64,000 nucleotides of DNA, taken from assembly GCA_051294375.1 (NCBI GenBank), contig CM119271.1, forward strand, positions 11,997,620 to 12,061,619. Reading direction: 5' to 3'. The DNA is from Paraspadella gotoi (Eukaryota > Animalia > Chaetognatha). Positions 11,337-36,139 of this stretch are shown piece by piece (the first letter of the stretch is position 1; every line of letters begins with the position of its first letter). The translations under genes were made by a program, and so were the position numbers. The notes below the pieces were generated by a model, which did no database searches, was not told where the DNA came from, and saw nothing but the letters and a program-made list of their open reading frames with translations.

Positions 11337-14300
11337 CTATCTCTTCTCTTCCAAGTCGAGCACCACTGGCGAATGCCCAATCTCCTCCAAGAATCTCGCC
11401 AGATCGACTTTGCTGATTCCCGTCGTCGCGTCGTTGCGCAGCGGATGAAAATAAACAAAAGGGAATCGGTCTTCCTCATCGGCGCCGCCGGGAGCCAAGG
11501 CGGCGTCTAGCAGCAGCGTCACGGCGCCGCCGGCGTCGTTGACTAACGCGAACGGCGTCACGCAGCCCTGTTTGACGCCTAGCGTGGCTTCGAGGACGGA
11601 CTCGTCGGCGAGACGGAGCCCGCCGGGCGCGGCGACGGCCCGCGCGACGGCGTCGAGGCGAACCTCGCGATCGTGAGTCGCCGTCAGGAGATAGAGTCGT
11701 TTCTTCTTGTCCTTGAGGAAGAGATTCTTGCCCACTCGGCCTGGCACGGGCAACGAGGCCAAATGGGGCATCATGGCTTCCACGGTGAAGACCTCCGGGT
11801 GACGGATGGTCACGAATTCCATTCGCAGCGACTGGAATCTGGCCAAGAGGTCGTCCGAGTTGAGGAACGTCGTCGTTGTTGTCGTTGTCCCTTTTGAATT
11901 CGAAGACGCGACGGGCGATGGCTTCGTTTTCTCCTTTTTAGACTTTTCGTTGTCCTGGTGTACAAAATTAAGGATAACTGGATTTTTAAATTAATATTAT
12001 TTGTTTTTGGCCTTGGCCGTATAAAATTAAAGAAATATCAAGAAAATGTAAAGTTTACATTATGGCAACGGAGAGACATGTGTGATGCCCGGGATGTGAG
12101 GCATCTCCCGACAGCTGGCGCTCAGGACTTTGGACTGAAGTGACACACCCCATTTCACTGGCGTGTTTATGCCGACACCATCACACTTAACCAGCGTGAC
12201 CGTGAGGGGATTGAACCCGGAATCCACGGTTGGTGAAGGAGTACTTAGCTGTCCAAGCCAAAGGGACAAGCTGAATTTCACCAAGCTATATGGGAGGCGA
12301 ATTTAGGATTCGCCACAACATTTTATTAAAAAAATCCAATTTTTTTTGCACGCAAGATCAAAACCATACGTAGTATCACTACTTCCATCAGCGCCGTAAT
12401 AGCGCACTGGGCTAACGCTTAACATCCGAAGCCAATGGTACCGGGTTTGAGCCCTGGGAGGAATGATCCTTTCAAAAGAGAGACGAGGCGGTTAAACTAC
12501 CGGTAGCAAGCCTGAAGGCAAGGTAACTGACGGAAAAATCTTCCAGACCCACTGGGCAGTGAGCACACTCAGTGGCTATTCACGGCACGGCGACCCTCTT
12601 TCCTATCGGTCACTTCGCTTACTAAAACAATTACTCTGAAAAACTACTACATTACGATTTTAAGAATCTCCACTGTGTACTATTACTGATAGGCAATGAA
12701 TAGTATTTTTATTTCAGTAAAACTTTTCAGTCGAGAGAGAGATAAAGAACCTCTCACCCGGAGTTTTAACTCTTCCTCGCACCAAAGGAATTCGCCAATC
12801 TCCTTCCGAAACGCGGGGTGACTCTGCAGAGTCTTGAACCATCGATTTAGGCAGACGAAAGGTCGACGGAGCGATGGGGAGAGGGTGTGCTTGTAGAGGA
12901 AGAGAAGATTGCAGAAGACGGAGACGTCGGCCAAAGTCACGCGATGACCCACGAGAAAGGTTCTGCGGAGAGAGAGAGAGAGAGAAAGGGGGGGGGTACG
13001 GGCGATGAGTTAAACTTACCAAAGCTTCTCAGATTTTTAAGATGTGACAGTGTGTCTACGAAAAAGGATATTGTGAAGAGACAGTAATTATTGTTATGAG
13101 TTAATGACAGAACCGTTCAATATAACAGTCCACCATAATTGTAAAGAAATGAACTGAGATCTCCTATTTCTTAAAATATGAATACATTTTTTATACTTTG
13201 GATTATATGACAAAGAGCGCCGAACAATGGGTTAAATAAAACCATTCCCTTATAAATTGATACTGGCAAAGATTAACAATGAATTATGAAATATGAAAGG
13301 TGGATAAAGGAAAGAGACTGACGTATGACACATTTTTTTCCGCGGAAAATGGTCACAAGATCTTCAAAAAGGTGTCATTCTGTTCGTATTTAAACGTTCT
13401 TAAAAAAAAATCTTGCAAAGACTTTTTCAAAACATCTCGCTTCTCCCAGGGGCGTCAAAGTGCCACGAGCGTCAAATTTATAGATTTTTGACAATTTTCT
13501 ATATTTTCTTGTGATAATAGCCAATTTTGAATCATTTTTAAATGATATTTTATGATTTATTAGATTTATTCCAATAAAAAATCTTTCTAAGATTATATTT
13601 GCTTTAAATCAGTATCATTAAACCGGAAATAATTCCGCAGACCGAAGTGACTCTGAAAAAAACCGTTTTATTTTGATAAAAATTAAACTTAAGAAGTTTG
13701 ACAAAAAAAAACAAAAGAAAGCTAGTCAATATTGTAATTTTATTTATTTAAATATATATATATCTAATAATTCAATTTTTTTAATGTTTTTTTTTTTTAA
13801 CAAGATGACACACTGAAACCGCCGCTAAAAATAAATTGTCATTTGTAAACCAGTCAAGATTTTTAATCAGAAATATTTTTTTTCTTTTTTAAAAACCAAA
13901 ATCATTTAAATATCCAAATTTCATATTGATAGGTTATGATTTAACTTGGCTATGGGCAAAGAAAAATTGGTTAACAATTGTAGTTCATTTTAAAACTAAT
14001 TTCCAAGTCAAATCAAAACCAAATCAATATAAAATTTAGATTATATAAATTGTGGCTGCGTGTGGCGTGACCGTTGAGGGAGAAAACGGGCTTGACGTTT
14101 ACGGCCATGGATTTGATATCGCGTTTCACTTTTCCTGGTTTCTCGAGAAAAAGAACGCGACGACGATGATGAAGACGAAGAGAAACGTGAACTCGGCAAA
14201 TATCCTGATTATATTTTAAATGTACCTTAGTCAGGGGCAGTTGCATCCGATGTTGTACGGTTTTAAGACTGACAGTTTGTTTATAATTTACTGGCCTTTT

Positions 14301-15735
14301 TATGAATTATGGACTTAATTATAGACTTAATTATGAACTGTTTTAACCTCGAATTTGTAATAAACAAACATTTGAAAACACGATCGTTGCCATCTTGAAA
14401 GTCAGCCAGAAAGTTGAGCAACTCAAATAATTTTGGTTTACTACAAAGGGCGATTTTTTTTCTAGAGGCGGGTTTCATTGTAAATACAACAATACAAACC
14501 CTTGTGCCGTTATATGCAGAGTTTGGTATTACAAAACGGCTGGAACATTTTCAGACTTCGTCGTCTGAACCTTCAAAAGTCAGAAAAGTTTTTCAGCGCT
14601 TCTTTCTTGTCAACAAACGATTGAAATAAGAAAATTACGGCTCATACTGTCGTTGTCCAGCTGACAAAATTATGGAAACTCGGAGAAACGAAGCGAATCC
14701 TTGATTTACGTGAAGATCTCTCTCTGCGACAAGAGCAAGGATGAACGAGATTTGTACAAGAATTTTGATGTCACACATTTCTCAGCTATGGTCCTTTTTT
14801 ATGATTTTTTTTGTCGCCATAAAACTTTTGTTATTATCCATTATTATTCTACTTTTTAAAACTTGGTCTTTGCCAGTTTTCTTGAAGCAATTAAAAGTAT
14901 TTGAATCTGTGATCTTAACTTTTCGCTTTTAAGAAAAAGTTCATGCAAATAAATTAACTTCCGGTTTTAATATATTTCTAAAAATTCCCAATAACGGTTT
15001 TGAGTTTATTTAATTTATGATTAATATTTCAGATAACAGAGTAAAACAGATAATACAAATTTTATCATTATTTTTATATATATCTAAAAATATTTTCTGA
15101 AAAACCATGGAAATTGCTGAAAATCAATTATTTTGACGCCCGTGGCCTTTAACGCTTCTGGAAAGGCGAGATATTAAAAAAAATGTACGAAAATACATTT
15201 ATTTTTTATAGCTCTAAAATACGAAAAGAATGACACCTTTTTCATAACTCTATTGACAATTTTCAGCGGAAAAAAATGTGTCTACTGACGTAGTATGTCA
15301 GAATCGATGACTCAATCAATAAATTCCAAAGAACCTGTAGAGTAAATGCCGATCGATCATCATCAGCAGAGCGAGAGAGTCCCGCTTAGCCTTTCCCACG
15401 ACGTCGGCTTGGGCGGAGGTGATGCCCAAGAGCGGGAAGACCCAAGAGCAGACGGGAGGGAGAAGTTCTTGTTCGGCCAGGTTGAGCCACTCGAGGACTT
15501 CCGTCTTCTCATCGACGTCGCGTCCTCGCAACGTCTCGTCCGCGAGACGGTAGGCGACGGCGTTGGGCTCGAAGAGGACCGCGCCGTCGTGGAGGACCAG
15601 TTTGGGCAGACGCCCTTCGTCGGTATCGTTCGCCGAGAACGTCTCAAAGTCGGCGCCGCCGATGGCGCCGGCGATGAGCGCCTTTTGCGACCGGAAGTGG
15701 TCGCGTCGAATCACGAGCGTCCCGATCTTCGCCAT
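11337..15735 (-). CDS. Fusion protein (407 aa): eEF1Bgamma/ValRS-type GST-like domain, K/S/T-rich linker, ProXp-ala (PrdX/PRORSD1-like, YbaK superfamily) aminoacyl-tRNA deacylase domain
   Basis: Exons 15735-15335 (phase 2), 12962-12758 (phase 0) and 11954-11337 join in frame through GT-AG introns. GST part: GTLV..RSQKALIA, FEPNAVAY, LLPPVCSWVFPLLGI, FLVGHRVTLAD, LNRWFKT. Deacylase part: HPEVFTVE, KNLFLKDKK, LGVKQGCVTPFAL, FHPLRNDAT. Confidence 0.85.
12061..12314 (-). mobile_element. tRNA-derived SINE-like repeat, family A, copy 2
   Basis: Homologous to 943-1205. The minus strand has a B-box GGTTCAATCCC and a 5' hairpin GGCGAAT-CCTAA-ATTCGCC. Confidence 0.7.
12394..12630 (+). mobile_element. 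tRNA-derived SINE-like element
   Basis: tRNA-like head GCCGTAATAGCGCACTGGGCTAACGC...CCGGGTTTGAGCCCTGG (A and B boxes), followed by an unrelated body. Confidence 0.55.
13317..15295. mobile_element. Old non-autonomous DNA transposon with ~200-bp imperfect terminal inverted repeats (intron 1 of the GST-ProX gene)
   Basis: 13317-13505 (GACACATTTTTTTCCGCGGAAAAT...AAAAAGGTGTCATTC...CCACGAGCGTCAAA) aligns with the reverse complement of 15100-15295. The interior has only decayed ORFs. Confidence 0.7.
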
Positions 15736-16620
15736 CGTCGCATCGATGGATCGAAATCGAGGATTAAAAATTAAAACAAAACTGCAACGTAAAAAAAAAT
15801 GTGAGGCGGAGCCGGAGGCGATCGACAATGTAGAAAAATAGCATAAATAGTAATAAAACAAAAACTAAAATAATTGAATACTCGTTTGGGAAAAAGGAAA
15901 AAAAAAAAGTGAGATCGGTGGAACTGGAAGATAATTGACTCGATGCAAGAAATCGTGAAAGACAACTTTTTGTCATTGAAATCGAATGGGATTTCAAAAT
16001 TTAAATCTCATTACAACTTTTTGTCATGGCCGAAAAACATAAAAAAAATCATTGAAATCGAATGGGATTTCAAAATTTAAATCTCATTACAAAAATTGTA
16101 ACATTACACGTAAATCAAGCGCGTAAAACATAAAATTGTGCGAACATTTTAATCATTAAATTAAAATTGAAATTGAACGATTTGACGAAAACTTGAGATA
16201 ATTTAACAGCGCACACTCACTCATTCTCAATCTCTCTCTCTCTTTCTACCCTTTTTTCTCTCTTTCACAATCAAACTATCAAAATATTCACAATAGATAT
16301 ATATATATCTTATCAACTAAACAAGTTATCAATCTAATTTTGCATAAGGGAAATTTTCGGCAAACTGAACGCTTTGTCTTCAGCTTAGGCTTAGCCGTTA
16401 CATTCATAATCTTCATCAACGAAATGAAGTTTCGTTTCCGCTATGCCTATTACCTAATTGCCCATGGCTCTTGTCTTTTCGTTGCGATAATTACGGACCG
16501 CGGGCCCGGACAAAGTTGCAACACTTTCACGAATGTTTTTCAAGTTTTATTATCAATAACACATTGTTAAATATATCTATTATGATTAACTATCTCCCCC
16601 TTCTTTTTCTCTCTCCTCCT

Positions 16621-16671
<51 letters not shown>

Positions 16672-16689
16672 CTCTCTCCCCCACTCTCT

Positions 16690-17640
16690 TCAATACAAAA
16701 TCCTGGCATCCACGCTCCCATATCGAGGCAATATCTCCCGCCGCTGGAGGGCGAGTTGACGCAGGGCGTTTGACTCACGACGACTTCCAACTCTTCAAAA
16801 TCCCTTAGACGCAAAAGGTCTCGATCCTTGCGGAGGATCGTGTCGGGCCGCTTCCGCACCTTGGAGATGAGGTTCTTGGGCACGCCCAACTCCTCGCTGA
16901 GGACGTCGAGGAGCAGCTCGAAGTCGAGGCCGGGGCCGCGCGGAAGCTCCACCTCGATGAAGTCGGGGTCGGGGTGACCCTCGATGCGAACTTTGACCAC
17001 CAACTCGTCGGGATTGTAGCCCGGGTAAGGCGGGTTAGACGGGTAAGGCGGGTAAGGGTGGACGGTCGAACGAGGCGGCGGAGGCGGACGGTGAGCGACG
17101 CCGGATTCGAGGGCGAGGCGGGACAAGGCGGCGACGGGAAAACGATCGTCCGGGCGATCACGGTGCTGGTTCGGGATAAGGGAAGGCGGCTGCTTCTCTG
17201 AGGCGGCGGCGGCTGCGGCGGCTGAGGCGGAGCTTGTGGCCGCCGCATCGCGGGTCTCTGGTTCACTGGAAGAGAAATAATAAAAGGCGTCCTTCATGTT
17301 TAAACTAAACTCGAAGCCAGAATCTCTCTCTTTCTCTCTCTCTCTCTTTCTCTCACCCAAGCATCCGGAGAATGTCCGGCCTCTCGGTCAACTTCCCCGG
17401 CGCTTCTCCCTTCAAATTCTTGATCTTTGGATCGGCTCCGTGTTGCAAGAGAAACTTGCAGATGGTCGGGTAGCCCCGATGAGCCGCCCAATGAAGCGCC
17501 GTCCATCCGTTGAGGGCGTGGCGGGCGTTGACGTCGACGCCTGAGGAGAGGAGCGTCGAGAGGCGCTCGGCGTCGCCGATCGAGGCCGACTCGCGGAGAT
17601 CCTCCTCCAGGATGGGCGAAGAGATCGAGTGCGGCGACAT
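16690..17640 (-). CDS. ANKRD40: Ankyrin repeat domain-containing protein 40
   Basis: Exon 17640-17357 carries EEDLRESASIGD..VDVNARHALNGWTALHWAAHRG. The exon from 17265 carries ELVVKVRI..DPDFIEVELPR..KVRKRPDTILRKDRDL..DFEELE. The C-terminus RREILPRYGSVDARILY* requires a 35-nt intron at 16778-16744; unspliced, the ORF runs on to 16590. Confidence 0.88.
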
Positions 17641-20214
17641 TTCTTTTCTTCTTCTGTTGTTCAACCGACAAACTTCATATCTAAATTATCTATCTTTTTT
17701 TAAATATTATTGTTGATTTCTTTATCTTTATTAATAGTTTAAATTCTGGAAAAAAAAAAATTAATTGTTGCGATTTCCCCCCCCCCATTAAATCTACAAG
17801 AAAATTGTGGAACAAAATATTTGGCAAAACATTTATAAACCATAAAAAAATTTGGTACTTAATTCTTAAAGATTTAGACGGTCATAATTGAACACCAAAA
17901 AAAGGGAATATTTAAATGCAGAGAAATTGAAAAAAAACAACAATAAATTGAGATCGCCGAGTATCTCATGGTCAACTTTTCAAAGCTTACAATATATGAA
18001 TATGATATATATTTCATTTAAAAGGCAAGGTTTTTGAAACAACGGAAAACGTAAAACCAACATTCCGTATTAACTAAAAATCATACCATCAAGTCTGGTA
18101 ATCAATTTATCAATAATCAGCTTTTGGGACAATATGGTACCTTTAGGCGAATTTAAGATAACAGGGAATAAAATTTAAACATTATTCATCATTCAATAAA
18201 CCTGATTGATTAGCAAATACTTAGTAAAACGATTCATTGCTGCGTAACTAATGACTAAAACTATAGTAGTTGCAAATTTAAAGCACTAAATTCCTAATAT
18301 AACAAATTTTATTAAAAAAAAAAAATTATCCAAGCTTTTCACAAAGTAGCATTCTTCATAAAGGATTTAAAAAAAGGATGAATTTTATTTCTGATTTTAA
18401 TAAAAATGGTCGGCTTTTTGAAAATTATGTTCAAGAAATAAGATATATCGTATAATATAATAGTTTTTATATGGGTTGTACCAATTTTATAAATCATTCA
18501 TTAATGTATAAATATTAATTTATAAAAAATTTAGTCTAACATAGCACTGAAGGAAAAACTCATGGATTTTAAGGATGAAATCGAAATGAGATTTGAGTCA
18601 AGTTGATTATATCCTGCGATGATAGTGAGAAAACTATTTTTATAATTTTCATACACTATGTCACTTATCATAATTACTGTATGAAAAATTTACGTAATTT
18701 TTAATCATCAATTCTGAAGTACATTAGTTTAAATTGTGATAAGAGTCAAAGAGGCGGAGTAGCGGCTCCAGACATAACCAAAAAAAAAAAATTCAATCAA
18801 GACATTGACACGAGAGGAGAAGAAAACTAGAGAGAGAGACCGGTGGTGGTAAGTCGCCTCATTGCTCTCAAAAAACTCGAAAGGAAAGAAATTGAGAAGC
18901 AGCGAAAATTGTCAGAATTGTCAGTAACATAAAAGTTTAATTAATAATAAAAAAACCTTTAATATATATAATTTAGAAAAGAGAATTTAACTAAGTTTTA
19001 TTAAATAGTTAATTTTTTAAAGTTAAAACTAATCAATCATTTAATTAATTCAATAATATGAATGCATTATTGATCCCCCCATTCTCTTAATCTGCCAAAC
19101 TTTTTGCTGCTGCTGCTGTTCAAGACAGAAATAATTATATAGTTTTAAAAAAAAGGAAGAGAGAGAGAGAGAACTAGAAGTCAAGAAGGGGATGAAAAAT
19201 TGTGTAAACATGAGGTGGAAATGATCCCATGCATAAGGCAATTTAATTGTATTGATCGGGCAAAAGGTAGAAAGGTAGAATGTAGAAACCATTCTCACAA
19301 ACTTCTTCGTAAAACGGTTATCCAATACTTTCCTTTTGTAACAATTTTAATATCTATAGTGGATTGAAGCGTCATTTTTTTAAAAATTAATTTACTTTAA
19401 AAAAAAGCGACCAATTAAAAAAAAAACATTGAGCGTAGTTAAGTTAATTCCCGCAGAGTATATAAGAACGGGAAAAACGTATATAAAAAATACAAAGACG
19501 CCCGAAAATTGTCATTACTTAAACTTCCTAAACATATGTCAATTTTACTACGCGAAGACAAGTGAAAGATTAAAGTTAAAAATGAGTATGATCATCTCAT
19601 ACGAAGATTAAGAAGTTACAGGACAATAACTATAGAATATTACGGCATATACGAATAATTCTATGAAATAATAGACAAAATTTAAGCTATATGTACAATT
19701 TTATCTACTTTAGTTACACAAATAGCGGTCATTATAAAAAGGAACATGCTCGAAATTATTCTTGACACAATTTCTGGGAAGCATGAATATAAATTGAAAA
19801 GGATTGTCACTATCTTCAATAGCCCACAATTAAGGTTAAAATCAGGGAAATATGCAAATAATATTCGAGTGAGAATTATACTATTAAAATAAAAATTTTG
19901 TAACTTTTGACTTGGTTTTTACTAAAATATTATCATTGTTTTATTGAAATTTTCATATTTAAAAGAAAAAAACTTGTTGCGAAGATAGTGCATCGTTAAC
20001 ACAACTCGCAGGATTTTATGAATTATGGCATTCAAACGGGAGTGTGTCGGTTCCGCCTTAATAATTAAGGTCGCTTAGGTAAACAAGAACCAGAACGAAA
20101 AAAATATTAAAACAGTTAAAAGTATAGTGATCTCGCCAGACGTTACTATCAAAGAAAATTAATGAAAAAACTAAAAAAAAAAGATTGATGCAATAATAAA
20201 TTATTGATATAAAT

Positions 20215-20685
20215 AATTGATTGATTGATTGATGTAATAGAAATTGATTGATTGATGTCATAAAATTGATTGATTAATATAATAAAATTGATTGATTGAT
20301 ATAATAAAATTTATTAATATAATAAAATTGATTAATTAATATAATAAAATTGATTTATTGATGTCATAATAATTGATTGATTGATATGATGATAACCAAA
20401 GGATCGATGCAATGATAACCACATGACTGATGCGATAAAAACTAAATATTGATGCGATGATAACCAAATATTAATCCGATAATAATCATTCATTGATGCG
20501 ATGATAGTCATTCATTGATACGATGATAGTCATTCATTGATACAATGATAGTCATTCATTGATACAATGATAGTTATTCATTGATACAATGATAATCATT
20601 CATTGATGCGATGATAGTCATTGATACAATGATAGTCATTCATTGATACAATAAATCATTCATTAACGCGATGAGTCATTCATTG
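20215..20685. repeat. AT-rich degenerate minisatellite array (ATTGATTG / GATAGTCATTCATTGATAC units)
   Basis: Visible tandem units of about 23 bp. Confidence 0.8.
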
Positions 20686-22008
20686 TAAATAAAAACAAAC
20701 ATATGCGTGTATGAGTGAGAGGGAGAGAGAGAGAGAGAGAAAAAAAGAAAGAAAGAGAAAAGCTGGACAGCCGCTACAGAGCGAACTTGTTATTAAACGA
20801 ATCAGAAGAAACTGCGATGAAAAAAAAAGAGCGATATATAATTAAAAGAGAGAGAGAGAAAAATAGAAAGAAACTTGACAGCCGACTGCAGAGCTGAACT
20901 CGTCTTTATATAAAAATTTTTTTTTTGAAATAAAACAAACAAATGAGTGTAAAAATATAAAACATAACAATTTAAAAAACCTCAATGATGAGAAGCCATA
21001 TCTAAATTTTTAGCTTTCTATGGTTACACACTTGAGCTATTTTCAATGTTAAAACAGCGTGACGACGACGACTATGGTCAAAAGCAGAAATGAATTATCA
21101 TCCTGCCCAAGTCGGGCATTGGCCCGTCTGGCGAGATAAAAAAAAAGGAAAATGTAAATTGCATAATTAGATTTCCGGAAGGCGCTTAAGCGCGCTTATA
21201 ATCCTCATTTACTGACTTAGTCAGTACCAAGAGCGAAGACGATATGATATTTATAACTATTTAGAATAGTGTACTTAAATTGCTATCGTGACTTATTTCG
21301 CAGTCAAAAATTAGATTAATACATCTTACATTAAAAATTCGTTCAATCCCCAGGTTTTCTCAAAAGGAAAGACAGTATTTGCATTTCTCAGCATACTGTA
21401 TAGAAGAAAAACGATTATTTTTTGCATAGAAAGAATCTGAATGATATAACTCAAGTTCACTTCTAAGTTTACTTTCTAGCCTTTTGTTAATTTTAGCCAT
21501 TTAATTCAAAATTATTTATAACTGATATATACAGACATGATTGCATAATGCACACAATCCTAAAAACTTGGAAAAATGATTCATTCACAGCAACCCTTGA
21601 ATTCAACCCTAAAAATAACGAACACTTCACTTCAATTTGAAGCAGAATCATAATTGAATGGCCACCAAACGGCATCAATTGTTAATTTAAATTAATTTCC
21701 CTAAAGAATTTCGGTCGCATTAGCTTGAAAAATACTTGGTTGTGTTTTGTATATTATATATATTATAATTAACGTCTTGATTCTGTTTTTTATTTGTTGC
21801 TGATGTATGCTACTGTATCATTATTGATATGAAATAAAATTCTCATAAGTATTACTAATACAAAAAACAACCAAACTAAAAGTATGGAAATACTAGACAT
21901 CTTATCATAGTCAAAAAATATTTTAAAAGATGAGGAAAATAGTTTAACTATCTTTTTCGCGTTTGGCTTTGTAAAGAATGGCAAGCTTGCGCGGACCGAT
22001 GAGAGGGT

Positions 22009-34541
<12,533 letters not shown>

Positions 34542-35779
34542 CGTCTTTAGAGGGGGGGGGAGGGGAATAAGGAGAGTGTCTCTCTGTCTGTCTCTCTCTC
34601 AAGAGGTTAGATCTCTCGGGACCCTTTTTCCGATTTCAGCCTCGATTCATGGCGAGAGGGAGACGATCGAGAGAGATTCTCCTGTTTTCAACGCGATCAT
34701 CGTTTGTTTTTTAAGAGGCGAGTAGACTGACGTTGAGGTGAAAACAATTTTCGTTTCAAAGTTTTAATCTTCGTATTAATTATAAATTAGACAAAATCAT
34801 TTCGTATATGTCATATTTAAAAAAACAAAACTCGGCAACGAATAAAATTGAAGAAATTTTTTTTTTATCGCGAGTCACATTTCGCTGAATTTTTTTTTTT
34901 TTTTTTGGTCCATGGATCTAGGAGGAATAAAAATAAGTTATACGGATAAAAAATAAATTGATTTGTTTTCAAGTATTACTGCTACTACGAACTACCACTA
35001 GTCTAATTAATAATTACTATGAATACATAAAACTCGCAGCTACAAAGTAAAATAAAATAAGGCGACGATTGAGCAAAAAGCTCGAGGGACTCGTGCGGAA
35101 ATTTAGGAACATGATTTCAAGAACCTCATACGTAGTTTTGGTGAAGAATGCATAAGTATATATATATATCATATATGTAGATGATTTCGTATAACCGTGA
35201 CCAGAATTTTTATATTATAGAACCATAGCCAGTCTTGCTTCAAAGCTACGATATAAAATTATGCCGGCGGCATTTCCCGACAACAAGCCCAAATTTCAAA
35301 AAGTTAACTCTAAATTATTTGAAAAACGTTTAAAAAAAGTCTACAGAATTGCAACGAATCTAAGAACACAAATGACAAGAATCAAAGTCGTTGCATATCG
35401 TATTCTCTCGAAAATAAAACAACCAGTGGAACATGCATCAATCCGCGACAAGAAAAAAAATACACATCTCACAACAGATCAAATTGAAAGATAAGCTAAA
35501 GAAGCGAACGGGGAAAAGCCGTTTAAAACTTAAAAAAAGAGAGAAAAAAAGTTTTGATTTAAGAACATGTATTTTTTTCGCATTAAGCTAAGAAAAACCA
35601 GTCATGTTAGTTCTGAAAAAGTAATGCTAACGACTTCGTAGTAGTACAGAATGACGCGATTCGTACGAGAGGCACTGTCAAATTTTCAATGTAACGTAAC
35701 AATATATAGTTCTGGAGCTAAAAGAAAAAAGCTAAGAATAATAATAAAAAAAAAAATAAGTCGTAATTAAGATAGATTG

Positions 35780-35839
35780 CATCCTTGCCCAAGTGAGCGT
35801 GAGGGATAAGCACTTGTTATACCAGTATCGTCCTTTTTG

Positions 35840-35878
<39 letters not shown>
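35780..35878 (+). mobile_element. Poly(A)-tailed retroposon 3' fragment
   Basis: Short GC-richer segment followed by a run of about 34 A. Confidence 0.4.
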
Positions 35879-35881
<3 letters not shown>

Positions 35882-36139
35882 CGAACTTTCGACGATAACG
35901 ATATAATAAAAGTTAATGTCAACGGAATGATATCCTTACAAGCTTTCGTAATAAAAAAAAGCTGCCGAAAGGAACTCGCTTCAAAAATAAAAACTGAAAA
36001 AAATAAACATTAAATTTAAAGTTAAAGAGCGTCACTGTTTCAAGTTAAATTATCACGTCTTTTTAATGTAACAAATCCTAAAAACGTATAAAACTATACA
36101 AGTAATATACGATCGAAAATTTCTTTAACTCTCTCTCTT

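Noticed and set aside
12490-12530. Twister-ribozyme-like GGTAGCAAGCC
   Set aside because: The required pseudoknot pairings and P1/P2 stems could not be built; it lies within a SINE body.
19429-19900. Possible decayed coding sequence between ANKRD40 and ZSWIM8
   Set aside because: Multiple stops in all frames and no recognisable motif.
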